Source of the DNA: Heteronotia binoei
Lineage: Eukaryota
Direction: 5' to 3'
Length of the DNA: 64,000 bases
NCBI RefSeq assembly: GCF_032191835.1
Contig: NC_083231.1
Coordinates: 126,170,001-126,234,000 of the forward strand
Below, in pieces: positions 1 through 11,580 of the stretch (position 1 is its first letter; each line of letters starts with the position of its first letter). Both the position numbers and the translations under genes were made by a program. The notes under the pieces are model-generated. The model searched no databases and had not been told where the DNA came from. It saw only the letters and a program-made list of their open reading frames with translations.

Positions 1-465
1 AAAACTGAACACAAGACTCCAGGTGAGGTCTTACCAGAGCAGAGTAAAGGGATACCATCACATCACGTGACCTGGACACTAGACTTCTATTGATACAGGC
101 CAAAACTGCATTTGCCTTTTTAGCCACCGCATCATACTGTTCACTCATGTTCAGCGTATTATCCACTAAGACCCCTAGATCCTTCTCGCACATACTACTG
201 CTAAGACAAGTCTCCCACATCCTATAACCCTGCATTGGATTTTTCCTACCTAAATGCAGAACTTTACATTTATCTCTGTTAAAATTCATTTTATTGATTT
301 TAGCCCATTTTTCCAGCCTGTCAAGGTCATCCTGTATCCTGTTTCTGTCTTCTGTGTTTGCAACCCCTCCCAATTTAGTATCATAGGCAAATTTAATAAG
401 CATTCCCTCTATTCCCTCAAACAAATAATTGATAAACATGTTGAACAAAACAGGTCCCAGGACAG
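1..465 (-). mobile_element. CR1 LINE reverse-transcriptase fragment
   Basis: The reverse complement translates to CR1 ORF2 C-terminal motifs ([40 protein letters not shown]). It closely resembles 36800-37612 and 61250-61740. Confidence 0.85.
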
Positions 466-1517
466 ACAGAAGGAGATATTGGATTTATATCCCACCCTCC
501 ACTCCGAATCTCAGAGTGGCTTACAATCTCCTATATCTTCTTCCCCCACAACAGACACCCTGTGAGGTGGGTGGGGCTGAGAGAGCTCTCCAAGAAGCTG
601 CCCTTTCAAGGACAACCTCTGCCAGAGCTATGGCTGACCCAAGGCCATTCCAGCAGGTGCAAGTGGAGGAGTGGGGAATCAAACCAGGTTCTCCCAGATA
701 AGAGAGCTCTGGCTGACCCAAAGCCATTCCAGCAGGTGCAAGTGGAGGAGTGGAGAATCAAACCCGGTTCTCCCAGATAAGAGAGCTCTGGCTGACCCAA
801 GGCCATTCCAGCAGCTGCAAGTGGAGGAGTGGGGAATCCAACCCGGTTCTCCCAGATAAGAGGGCTCTGGCTGACCCAAGGCCATTCCAGCAGCTGCAAG
901 TGGAGGACTGGGGAATCCAACCCAGTTCTCCCAGATAAGAGGGCTCGGGCTGACCCAATGCCATTCCAGCAGGTGCAAGTGGAAGAGTGGGGAATCCAAC
1001 CCAGTTCTCCCAGATAAGAGGGCTCTGGCTGACCCAAGGCCATTCCAGCAGCTGCAAGTGGAGGAGTGGGGAATCCAACCCAGTTCTCCCAGATAAGAGG
1101 GCTCTGGCTGACCCAAGGCCATTTCAGCAGCTGCAAGTGGAGGAGTGGGGAATCAAACCCGGTTCTCCCAGATAAGAGGGCTGTGGCTGACCCAAGGCCA
1201 TTCCAGCAGCTGCAAGTGGAGGAGTGGGGAATCCAACCCGGTTCTCCCAGATAAGAGAGCTCTGGCTGACCCAAGGCCATTCCAGAAGCTGCAACTGGAG
1301 GAGTGGGGAATCCAACCTGGTTCTCCCAGATAAGAGAGCTCTGGCTGACCCAAGGCCATTCCAGCAGCTGCAAGTGGAGGAGTGGGGAATCCAACCCGGT
1401 TCTCCCAGATAAGAGAGCTATGGCTGACCCAAGGCCATTCCAGCAGCTGCATGTGGAGGAGTGGGGAATCCAACCCGGTTCTCCCAGATAAGAGTCCATG
1501 CACTTAACCATGACACC
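466..1517 (-). mobile_element. tRNA-derived SINE (Squam/Sauria-type) carrying an internal tandem array
   Basis: Minus-strand head with A-box-like GTCATGGTTAAG and B-box-like GGTTGGATTCC. The body and 3' end match monomeric copies at 16990-17253, 21986-22230 and 49514-49770. Possible 9-bp TSD CCAGGACAG at 457-465 and 1516-1524. Confidence 0.85.
628..1497 (-). repeat. 79-bp tandem repeat, about 11 copies, SINE-derived
   Basis: GGCTGACCCAAGGCCATT recurs every 79 bp (632, 711, 790 ... 1422). ORF-track starts at 671, 750, 829, 987, 1066, 1145, 1224 and 1303 show the same period. Confidence 0.95.
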
Positions 1518-2179
1518 AGGACAGGGAAGAAGGCAAGCTAAGAGCAAAGGGAGCGGAAGGAAGGAAGGAGCTCTCTTGCTGGGCACACCCTTCACCCCAA
1601 AAAGACCCATGGAATTCACTTGGCCTTCCCCAAGCATCTGCCAGCTTCCACGGATGGGGGGCTTGACAGCCAGGAGATCTTTGCTCTGCCTGCAGCAGCC
1701 GAAACCAGATGCCACTCTTGGGGTTAGAAATGCCCCAGCAAGGAGGACTCACATCAAGACCCAAAGAAGATCCCCAGTGGGCCTTCAGAGCCAGGCTCTG
1801 TCTCCTTCGCCATCCTGCTTGCCACAATGGCCCCACATGAGGCAGCTCTCCTGACAGAGAAAGCCCACCTAAGGAGGCCACAGGCCGTCGCACTACCTGA
1901 GGGACTCCCAGCCGTGCTGTGCCCCCCAGACAGCCAAGCCTGGCCTTGAGAAAAGAGCCCTCCCTCAGGAACTGAAGCAAATATCATGCCTCCCCCCCAC
2001 CCCCTTCCGGGCAGGCTTTGCTAAATGGCTCTTCCTGACCTAGTAGCTCCCAGAGCCTGGTTGTGCTCATGAAGCAGAGTGGTGTCCCCCCCCCTTCCTC
2101 CCCCTCAAGGAGAGGCCACCGAAGACAGGCTCCCCCTCCCCCACCCCAGGACAGGGCACGAAAGAGAGGCCTCCCTTAC

Positions 2180-5100
2180 CTAGAAGCAAGTTGGTGAGCA
2201 GAAAGGGGCCCAGGACGTTGGTGGCAAACATCAGCTGCTGGTCCTGGGCGGTGGGTGTGACTGGCAAGCCTGCAGAGGGAGAGGAGGCGGAGAAGCAGTG
2301 GGGCGGGGGGGGGGAGGCCCAGGAGCCTCCACTGCTCCCGAAAATGGTGCAGTGTGGCTGTTACTGGGAGACCCCGTCTGAGGAATCCCCCCTCATGCCC
2401 TGCGAACTCACAGACAGAACGGAGGGAAGGGAAGGGAACTTGGCTTGGGCCCCCCTATGCAGGGAAGGCAGCCAGAGGCGAGAGGGATGCTGGGACCCTG
2501 GAAGGGCCTGGCCAAGTGTGGTGCGCCAGACCCACCTCCCCTCTTCCTCTGCCCCCCTGGAGCAGGCAGGCCTTGTGATGCCGCCCCCCCAGGGAGAAGG
2601 GATCTGCAGCAGCCTTTGCCTGCCCACCTGTGATGCCCGCGTTGTTGACCAAGATGTGCAGCTGGCGCTCCTCCTTCAGGAACTGCCGGGCAAAATCTCG
2701 GACAGAGGCCATGGAGCTGAGGTCCAGGAGGCGTAGGTGCACGTCAGGGTTGCCAGAGGCCCTGCGGATCTCGTCCAGCGCAGCCTGCCCCCTCTCTCGG
2801 TCCCGACAGGCCAGGATGGTGCGTGCATTCCTGCCGGCCAAGTCAAGGGCCACACATTTGCCAATCCCTGCAAAGGGAGGGGGGAGGGAGTCAGTCCCCT
2901 CTGACCTTCCTTCCACTGTGCCCACTCCCCTCCCTCTCCCAGCTTCAGGCAATCAGCTGGGGTGCTGGGCGTGGGGCGGGGGGGGGGGAGAATCTATGCC
3001 CAGGCATGGGTGGTGACATCATCAGCACTTTCTACATGACTTATAGCATGGTGAGCGAGGGGATGGCATGCAGGGTTGGATGAGTTGCCCTGAAGTTAGG
3101 GGATTCTGGAATAAAATATCAGAGTGTATTTCAGAAAGTACTAATTTGAACGTGGAACTAACTCCTGGAAACAATTTTTTTAATGGCTGGACAATAAGCA
3201 TATGTGCACCTTATAAACTAGATACTGCCTCCCTTCTTTTCACAGCAGCCAAAGCAGTAAGAATGGCCAACTGAAAGAGTGCATCCTGACCCCGACGGGG
3301 GAAAAAAAATTATGGGACTACCTGGTGGCCGATATAAGAGAAATCTTCTTAAACATTCGACTTCACAATCAAATTTTCCAATAATTTGGTTACTCGTTAC
3401 TGATTACTTGAATAATGAAATTCCTAAACTGGTAGATGATCTAGGTTTATGGTAAATCCCACTGCTCTAATAGAAATACGTCCAATGTCTTATACTAGCA
3501 AATATCCTATTGTAATTATATGAAACATTGAAATAGCTGATTGAAACAGTTTAGAATATCAATAATAATCCAGTTACTCCCACAAATATCTCCTTTTGAT
3601 CTTGAACCTGATTTGTCTCGTCTTGAGGATATGACCAGTAAGTGACACTGCTCAAATCAAATGAAATATGTACAATAAGTTGCTATTTTTTGAAATAAAA
3701 TGTATTTGAATTAAATGGGTTATAGCAAACTCTCGTATCAAACAAGTCAGTTACTTGGGAGTTGTTTTCTCTTCAAGCTTTTCTTGGTTCTCCCAGCTTA
3801 AGTTTGCACTGAATAAGATTAAACCTAATACTGGAGCAAAGTTAACATTAGCTTGCTTGCACTGTTGGGGGAAGGTGTATCCCTGCTGCAATTCGGGAGA
3901 TCAGTTCCAAAATAATTTCACAACTGCTCCAGGATTTTGCTCCCTGGATTCCGGTTATCTCAGGATCTATTTATCATCTCTTTGGTCGCTTTTTTGGGTA
4001 GGAGACTGGCGTCCCTCAGCGTGTCACAGCAGGTGGGTCTCTCAGAGCTGGTCTGGGCCAAAAGTCCAGGGAAGCAAGAGGGCAGGCCTTCAGATCCAAA
4101 CTGTGATGAGGTCCCAGGTGCTGCAGTACCAGACCTTCCCCCCCCCCGCCCACCCCCCCACCATGTCCCAGCAGTTAGGAGCTCATGTAAGCAGCGTGTT
4201 AGTAAACGAGGTCTCCGTTGGTTTGTGTTAATCTATAACGGGAGCTGTAAAAAGATACCAAGAGCAAATCTACTTTTATACCTTTGAAAGGGAGTTTTTT
4301 CAGGCAGCCGGCTCAGGTTGACTCAGCCTTCCATCCTTCCGAGGTCGGTAAAATGAGTGCCCAGCTTGCTGGGGGGAAAGCGTAGAGGACTGGGGAAGGC
4401 AATGGCAAACCACTCCGTAAAAAAAGTCCACCATGAAAACGTTGTGAAAGCAACCTCACGCCAGAGTCGAAAACGACTGGTGCTTGCACAGGGGACTGCC
4501 TTTTTTTTCTTCTTCTCTACTAATCTGGTCTTGCCCTCTGCTGGAACTGAGGGCAGAACTGAGAGTGACTGTGATTTGCAGGAAAGCTAGACTGGAGTCC
4601 TGAGCCCCTTAGAGACCAACAAGAAGGGGAGGGGTGGCACCAGATCTCGAGGCTCAGAGCTCTCAGTTCTGATGAAGGCAGCTTTGACTCTCGAAAGCTC
4701 AGACCTTGACCATCTCCTCACCCACTGGGCTCCACTGCTTCTGCGGCAGACCAAGGCAGCAGCTCCCCTCTGAACCCATCTCCCGTCCTGCAGAGATGGG
4801 TCTAACCTCTGAGCGCAAGATGCAGAATGCAGCTCTTCAGGAGAAAGTGAGAGAAATGTTGGCAGAGAAGAGTCCCAGGAAAAGGCAGCCATTGGAGGAG
4901 GAGCAGAAGGCAGCGGGGCGAGAGGGAGGGGCTCCATCCAAGAAGCCCCCAGGCCCTCAGCCTGCAAGACTGGAGCCAGGCAGTTCAGAGGGGGGGCGGG
5001 GGGGCATTCTGGGCTGGAGGATGCTAATTCCTAGCTCCAAAGGCAGCACTAAAGTCAGCAACGAGCTACAGAATAACACATGCAACTCTCGATTTAAAGC

Positions 5101-7783
5101 TATTGCATTGAACTGTGGCAAAGTATTTAAATATAAGCAAGGTGAAATTAATGAAAAACCTCAGCTCACATAGTAAGCAAAAGTGCTCCTTAAAACTACA
5201 AATACCCTAGGAGAACAGAGTCCACAACTGTAGATCAAAAAGCCTTCCTCCTAATTGACATTTCTAAAGTTCCTGTAGCAATTGAAATGGTGCCTTTCAA
5301 GTCGCAAAGAGAAGAGCGCATCCCAAGGACAGGTGAGAACACAAACTTCTGTCCAGGTCCGTTAATTTTACAAGCTGTTCCAAGAAATCTTTTCTGTCCA
5401 GTGTGATGTAAGTTACAATCCAGATACTTGGACTGGTTTTGTCCTTTCAGGGCATATTAAACATCAATATTCCTTTCAGGCAAACTGTATAGATAGCCCA
5501 AGGATATATTTGAGTCAACCTACATCAACTTCTCTTCAAAATACATCATATAAATTTATCTGATGACATCAGCTGGCTTGAAAATATTGTTTTCACAGAC
5601 CTAACTCTTTGGGCTCTGAGAAGCAGCAAGAGACAGAGCTGCTGGAGGGGTGAGTGGTTTTTATTCGCTTTTAGGAAATTTAGTTGAGGTTACTGTGTGG
5701 GAAGACAGTGTGTGAGGGTGCAGGTTGTATGTAGCTTGTTGTAGAGTGCTGCCTGTTTGAGAGAGTGTGGTTTCTGTTGTCTTTGTTGCCTAGGTGTAAT
5801 TAGGTTGATTGCTGTTCCCACCATCTGCTGCATGGGGCTTAAGAACATAAGAGAAGTCCTGTTGGATTAGGCCAATGGCTCATCCAATCCAACACTCTGT
5901 GTCACATAAGAACATAAGAGAAGCCCTGTTGGATCAGGCCAGTGGCCCCTCCAGTCCAACACTCTGTGTCACATAAGAACATAAGAGGAGCCCTGTTGGA
6001 TCAGGCCAGTGGCCCCTCCAGTCCAACACTCTGTGTCACATAAGAACATAAGAGGAGCCCTGTTGGATCAGGCCAGTGGCCCCTCCAGTCCAACACTCTG
6101 TGTCACATAAGAGGAGCCCTGTTGGATCAGGCCAATGGCCCCTCCAGTCCAACATTCTGTGTCACATAAGAACATAAGAGAAGTCCTTTTGGATCAGGCC
6201 AATGGCTCATCCAATCCAACACTCTGTGTCACATAAGAACATAAGAGAAGCCATGTTGGATCAGGCCAATGGCCCATCCTGTCCAACACTCTGTGTCACA
6301 CAGGGGCCAAAAAACCAAAAACCAGGTGCCATCAGGAGGTCCATCATTGGGGCCAGGACATTACAAGCCCTCCCATTGCTGCCCCCCAAGCACCAAGAAT
6401 ACAGAGCATCACTGCCCCAGACAGAGTCCCAACAATACGCTATGGCTAATAGCCACTGATGGTCCTCTGCTCCATATTTTTAGCCAATCCCCTCTTGAAG
6501 CTGGCTATGCTTGTAGCTGCCACCACCTCCTGTGGCAGTGAATTCCACATGTTAATCACCCTTTGGGTGAAGAAGGACTTCCTTTTATCCGCCCTGACTG
6601 CTCAGCAATTTCATTGTTCCATTGTGCAATGCTCCTCCTAGCCAGAGGCTCTTGCCCTGTGATTCTTAGTCTCAGGATCTGGCCTCGGGCCCTTTAGGAA
6701 GGTGATTAGCAGTTTGGGGAGCAGAGTAGTAGTCTTGGGAGGCAGTTTGGTGGTAGAGTTATCAGAGAGGTACATGCCAAACAGAACTCATTTGGATTGG
6801 ACTGGAAATTTAAAATCAATTGCAGAAGCATGGCTGGGGAAAGAGTAGACAGTGACATGCAAAGTCTGTGGCACGTTGCTGTTATTACCTGAGGGGAACA
6901 GCCATTTCACTTGCAGCTTCATAAATGTCAATTAGGAGGGAGGCTGTTTGATCTCCAGTTGCGGACTCTGTTCTCCTAGAGTATTTGCAGTTTTAAGAAG
7001 CGCTTTTTACTTACCATATGAGCTGAGGTTTTCCGTTAATTTCACTTTGCTTATATTAAAATACTTTGCACAGTTCAATACAACAGCTTTAAACCGGTTC
7101 GAGAGTTAGCCTCGTATATTGTGTGTGACACGCCCTGGATGGCTGGGCCCGCGGCGATCGCCACGTAGGGGCTGCAGCCTGCTGCTCTTCTGGGCGGGCC
7201 GGGACCCAATCCACCTGCAGGAAGGCCACGTCCCAGCCCCCCCCCCCCCCCCGCAAATGAGGAGAGCAGCCAGGCAGCTTTTCTCCCCCGGCCCATGACT
7301 GGCGGCCGCCAGAGGGAGGCGCTCCTTCTCAGCGCAAAGCCCACTCGGGGTGGGGGGCGCGTCCCTCGGAGCTGCCCAGGAGGGCCCGCCGGCGTGGAGT
7401 GGAGCCCCTCGGGACCCCCGCGACGAGGGGGCGCCAGTTCCGCCCGGGTCCCCGCGGAGGCCTCCAGAGCCGCCAGCCCCGTCGGGGGGGGGGGGTGCCC
7501 AAAAGAAGCAGCAGCCCCTCCTGCCTGAAGTGGAGAGAGACGCCCCCTCCCCCCGGCCCCCCAGAGGTCCGCGGCTGCAGCGCCCAGCCCTGAGCCGCCC
7601 CGTCCAGCCGCCCCTCCCCGGCGGGGCCTCACCGCTGTTGGCGCCGGTGACGAGGGCCGTCTTGCCACGCAGGTCCACGGGGCAGGCGCGGGGCCCCCAG
7701 CGGGGCTTCCGGCGTGCCCGGAGCAGGAACAGCAGCAGGGCCAGGCCGGCCAGCGGGGCCAGGAGCGCGGCGCCCGGCTGCAT
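2180..7783 (-). CDS. Retinol dehydrogenase 11/12/DHRS13-like short-chain dehydrogenase/reductase, partial (exons 7783-7633, 2867-2628, 2269-2180; continues left of the window)
   Basis: The spliced frame reads MQPGAALL...(hydrophobic anchor)...GKTALVTGANSG|IGKCVALDLA...LHILVNNAGITG|LP...MFATNVLGPFLLTNLLL. It contains the TGxxxGIG Rossmann motif and NNAG. All junctions are GT-AG, phase 1. The catalytic YxxxK exon is not in the window. Confidence 0.9.
3040..3720 (+). mobile_element. Degraded L1/Tx1-like LINE 3' fragment
   Basis: Translation SCPEVRGFWNKISECI...LLFTAAKAV resembles the C-terminal Cys-rich region of L1 ORF2. It is followed by an AT-rich tail with AATAAA near 3693. Confidence 0.45.
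4290..4515 (+). mobile_element. Sauria-SINE-like 3' half
   Basis: GGTTGACTCAGCCTTCCATCCTTCCGAGGTCGGTAAAATGAG...GGAAGGCAATGGCAAACCAC...GACTGGTGCTTGCACAGGGGAC followed by a T-rich tail, as recalled for squamate Sauria SINEs. The family name is tentative. Confidence 0.65.
5600..6915 (+). mobile_element. Possible CR1 5' UTR and ORF1 start remnant, interrupted by the minus-strand CR1 3' end at 5841-6620
   Basis: GT-rich UTR-like sequence, then ATG at 6830 and a frameshifted TVTCKVCGTLLLLPEGNSHFTC Cys motif like the N-terminus of reptile CR1 ORF1. Confidence 0.4.
5841..6620 (-). mobile_element. CR1 3' end with about 7 tandem 67-bp terminal units (5841-6300)
   Basis: Reverse complement of the element at 9337-11498. 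AAGAACATAAGAG recurs at 5841, 5908, 5975, 6042, 6168 and 6235; one unit is 59 bp. Confidence 0.9.
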
Positions 7784-8500
7784 GGCTGCGCCCAGCACGG
7801 ACCGACGGCTGGCGGGAGGGAGGCGGCCGCCCGGCCTGGGGGGGGGGGAGGCAGAGTCCGGCGGGGGGGCGGCGGGAGGCTCGGGCTGCCTGGGTGACGC
7901 CGGCGTCGTCGAGGGGCCGCACAATGAGGGCTGGGGCGGGGGATGTCCCCGGACTGGCGGCCCGGCAGGAGCTGGAGCGCGGGAGGGGCGCGGAAGTCCC
8001 AGAGCAGAGAAGCCGCGCCTGGCCCCGGGAGGGAGGCGGCAGAGCCGGCGGGGCGGGGAGGGTCGAGGGGCTCCGCGTCCGCGCCCTCCCTGCAGGCCCA
8101 CGGGCGCCGGGCCAGCGTGGCGTCAGCTCAGCCCTCCCGAGAGAGTGCAGGCTGGCCTTTCCTCCCGGGGCTGGCGGGAGAGCCTGGGCGGAGGGGTCTG
8201 GCCCTTTGCGGAGTGCTGAAGGCGGGAGCGGCTCCCTGCGAAGCTGGCGCGGGCCAAACCCGGGGGCTCCTGCAGAGAGCGGCTGGGGCAGCGCAGCAGG
8301 CATCTGCGGGCGTGGGGGGCGTTGCAGCGTTCCGGGGAGTTTTTTTTGGGGGGGGGGGCGCCAGCAGGTGTCTTTGCTCAAGGCCAGCAGTCCTGCGAGT
8401 TCTCTTCTGGAATGAGGCCCCCCAACTCGCTCAGGCAGCCGCCGCCCCCAGGCCTGCGATCCCCAAAGGCTGCTTGTGGCGGAAGGGCTCTCGCCCCCAG
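7100..8500. promoter_or_regulatory. CpG island over the RDH-like exon 1 and promoter
   Basis: Very high GC and CpG density with multiple GGGCGG boxes around the ATG at 7783. Confidence 0.7.
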
Positions 8501-9336
8501 CCTCTTCCCTCCGCCGGGCTCCCTTTCCACAGCCCCCCTTGCGGCACCAAGGGGGCCAGGCATCTTGGCCTGACTCCAGGGGGCTGTGAGCTTCCCCTGG
8601 GCTTCAAGGGGTCCGCCTGGTCTGCTTGGCTAGCATGGGGGGGGGGGGCGGGGGGGAGGGCAGGCTCAGGGACCTCTCCAGCGGTTCAGCAGAGCTCCTG
8701 AGGAGGAGGAGTCGCAGGTTTTGCATCTGCAGCCCAGGCTTCCACAAGAGGACTTTGGATTTTGCAGACTGAAAATACTTCCTCTTTTCATTGGGAAAAA
8801 CCAATCTAGCTGGAGGCTGGCCTCCCGTAGCTGTCCAGAAGAGAAGCCGCTGTGCCTTACTCAGGGAATCGCTGCCAGTTGCAGAGCTTGGGGGGGGGGG
8901 GGGGTGCTCAACAGAACAAAGTTAGAGTCCAACCGTGCCTTGGAGACCAGGAAAGCGTTCTTCAGGGTGCGAGCTTTCTGCCTGAGGAAGCCTGGGTGCT
9001 CACACGCTCAATGACACTTGCTTGGTCTTCAAGTTACAGAGTTATGCATCTGCTCTGCGACCTGCTGACAGAGGCAGGCTCTGTGGCTGGAGAGAAGAGG
9101 GCACCTCCGGAGCCGTCCCTCCCGTACTTCGCAAGAACACCTTTCGACCCCCAGGAGGAGTCAGCCGTGGGAATCTGTAGCTGCACGACAGTCAAGAATC
9201 CCCCCCCCCCCCCCAGCACCACCTTCAGGACTAACAAATTTGACGGTAGCACAAGCTTTCGAGAAACACATCTGAGGCACAGAGCTGCTTCTTTATGCTA
9301 CAATAACATTTGTTAGTCTTAGAGGCGCTTGTGGAT

Positions 9337-11498
9337 ATTCAATGAAATGGCTGAGCAGTCGGGTTAGAATAAAAGGAAGTCCTTCTTCACCCAAAGAGTG
9401 ATTAACATGTGGAATTCACTGCCACAGGAGGTGCGGCGGCTGCAAGCATAGCCAGCTTCAAGAGGGGCTTGGATCAACATCTGGAGCAGAGGTCCATCAG
9501 TGGCTATTAGCCACAGCTTATTGTTGGAACTCTCTGTCTGGGGCAGGGATGCTCTGTATTCTTGGTGCTTGTGGGGGGGGGGGCACAGTGGGAGGGCTTC
9601 TGGAGTGCTGGCCCCACTGGTGGACCTCCTGAGGGAACTTGGGGTTTATTTGGCCGCTATGTGACACAGAGTGTTGGACTGGAGGGGCCACTGGCCTGAT
9701 CCAACAGGGCTTCTCTTATGTTCTTATGTGACACAGAGTGTTGGACTGGATGGGCCATTGGCCTGATCCAACAGGGCTTCTCTTATGTTCTTATGTGACG
9801 CAGAGTGTTGGACTGGATGGGCCACTGGCCTGATCCAACAGGGCTTCTCTTATGTTCTTATGTGACACAGAGTGTTGGACTGGAGGGGCCACTGGCCTGA
9901 TCCAACATGGCTTCTCTTATGTTCTTATGTGACACAGAGTGTTGGACTGGATGGGCCACTGGCCTGATCCAACATGGCTTCTCTTATGTTCTTATGTGAC
10001 ACAGAGTGTTGGACTGGAGGGGCCACTGGCCTGATCCAACATGGCTTCTCTTATGTTCTTCTGTGACACAGAGTGTTGGACTGGAGGGGCCACTGGCCTG
10101 ATCCAACATGGCTTCTCTTATGTTCTTATGTGACACAGAGTGTTGGACTGGATCGGCCACTGGCCTGATCCAACATGGCCTCTCTTATGTTCTTCTGTGA
10201 CACAGAGTGTTGGACTGGAGGGGCCACTGGCCTGATCCAACAGGGCTTCTCTTATGTTCTTCTGTGACACAGAGTGTTGGACTGGATGGGCCATTGGCCT
10301 GATCCAACATGGCTTCTCTTATGTTCTTATGTGACACAGAGTGTTGGAGTGGATGGGCCACTGGCCTGATCCAACAGGGCTTCTCTTATGTTCTTCTGTG
10401 ACACAAGAGTGTTGGACTGGATGGGCCACTGGCCTGATCCAACAGGGCTTCTCTTATGTTCTTCTGTGACACAGAGTGTTGGACTGGATGGGCCATTGGC
10501 CTGATCCAACAGGGCTTCTCTTATGTTCTTATGCGACACAGAGTGTTGGAGTGGATGGGCCATTGGCCTGATCCAACAGGGCTTCTCTTATGTTCTCATG
10601 TGACACAGTGTTGGACTGGATGGGCCATTGGCCTGATCCAACAAGGCTTCTCTGATGTCCTTATGACTGAGGCAGTGATGCTCTGTATTCTTGGTGCTTG
10701 GGGGGGCACAGTGGGAGGGCTTCTGGTGTCTTGGCCCCATTGATGGACCTCCTGATGGCACCTGGGGGTTTTTTTGGCCACTATGTGACACAGAATGTTG
10801 GACTGGTTGGGCCACTAGTCTGATCCAACAGGGCTTCTCTGATGTCCTTATGACTGAGGCAGTGATGCTCTGTATTCTTGGTGCTTGGGGGGGAGCACAG
10901 TGGGAGGGTTTCTAGTGCCCTGGCCCCACTGATGGACCTCATGATGGTGCCTGGGTTTTTTCGCCACTGTGTGACACAGAGTGTTGGACTGGATGGGCCA
11001 TTGGCCTGATCCAACAGGGCTTCTCTTATGTGACACAGAGTGTTGGACTGGAGGGGCCATTGGCCTGACTCAACAGGGCTTCTCTTATGTTCTTATGTGA
11101 CACAGAGTGTCGGACTGGATGGGCCATTGGCCTGACCCAACAGGGCTTCTCTTATGTTCTTATGTGACACAGAGTGTCGGACTGGATGGGCCATTGGCCT
11201 GACCCAACAGGGCTTCTCTTATGTTCTTATGTGACACAGAGTGTCGGACTGGAGGGGCCATTGGCCTGATCCAACAGGGCTTCTCTTATGTTCTTCTGTG
11301 ACACAGAGTGTCGGACTGGATGGGCCATTGGCCTGACCCAACAGGGCTTCTCTTATGTTCTTATGTGACACAGAGTGTTGGACTGGATGGGCCACTGGCC
11401 TGATCCAACAGGGCTTCTCTTATGTTCTTATGTGACACAGAGTGTTGGACTGGATGGGCCACTGGCCTGATCCAACAGGGCTTCCCTTAGGTTCTTAT
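9337..11498 (+). mobile_element. 5'-truncated CR1 with a greatly expanded 3' tandem array
   Basis: The body ATTCAATGAAATGGCTGAGCAG...TTCACCCAAAGAGTGATTAACATGTGGAATTCACTGCCACAGGAGG matches the ORF2 end at 42260-42440, followed by the 3' UTR and 67-bp units. Confidence 0.9.
9660..11498 (+). repeat. 67-bp tandem repeat (15 + 1 + 8 units) with two internal copies of about 185 bp of UTR
   Basis: TGTGACACAGAGTGTTGGACTGG recurs at 9660, 9727 ... 10599, again near 10783, then 10970-11431. Each unit ends in (TTCTTATG)2. Confidence 0.95.
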
Positions 11499-11529
11499 GA
11501 CTGTTTACTAATAACATGTTTGTTTTTCA

Positions 11530-11580
11530 ACAAAATTGGGAGTTCAGTGGCACCTTGAAGGCAAACAAAGATTTATTCAA
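11530..11580 (-). mobile_element. Penelope-like terminal-repeat fragment containing AATAAA
   Basis: The reverse complement TTGAATAAATCTTTGTTTGCCTTCAAGGTGCCACTG resembles 22310-22345 (TTGAGTAAAACTCTGTTGGACTTCAAGGTGCC). Confidence 0.5.

Noticed and set aside
606-1715. Overlapping repetitive ORFs and a possible CRISPR-like array
   Set aside because: These are head-to-tail 79-bp SINE units with no unique spacers and no cas genes. The ORFs arise from frame rotation of the repeat. The same applies to 32620-33405 and 39784-40486.
1504-1987. Candidate exon 4 of the RDH-like gene
   Set aside because: No frame gives SDR-like sequence or a YxxxK motif, so exon 4 must lie left of the window.
7075-8701. 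Several ORFs of 200-330 aa on both strands
   Set aside because: They are Gly/Pro/Arg/Ala-rich products of a CpG island. Only 7783-7633 is supported as an exon.
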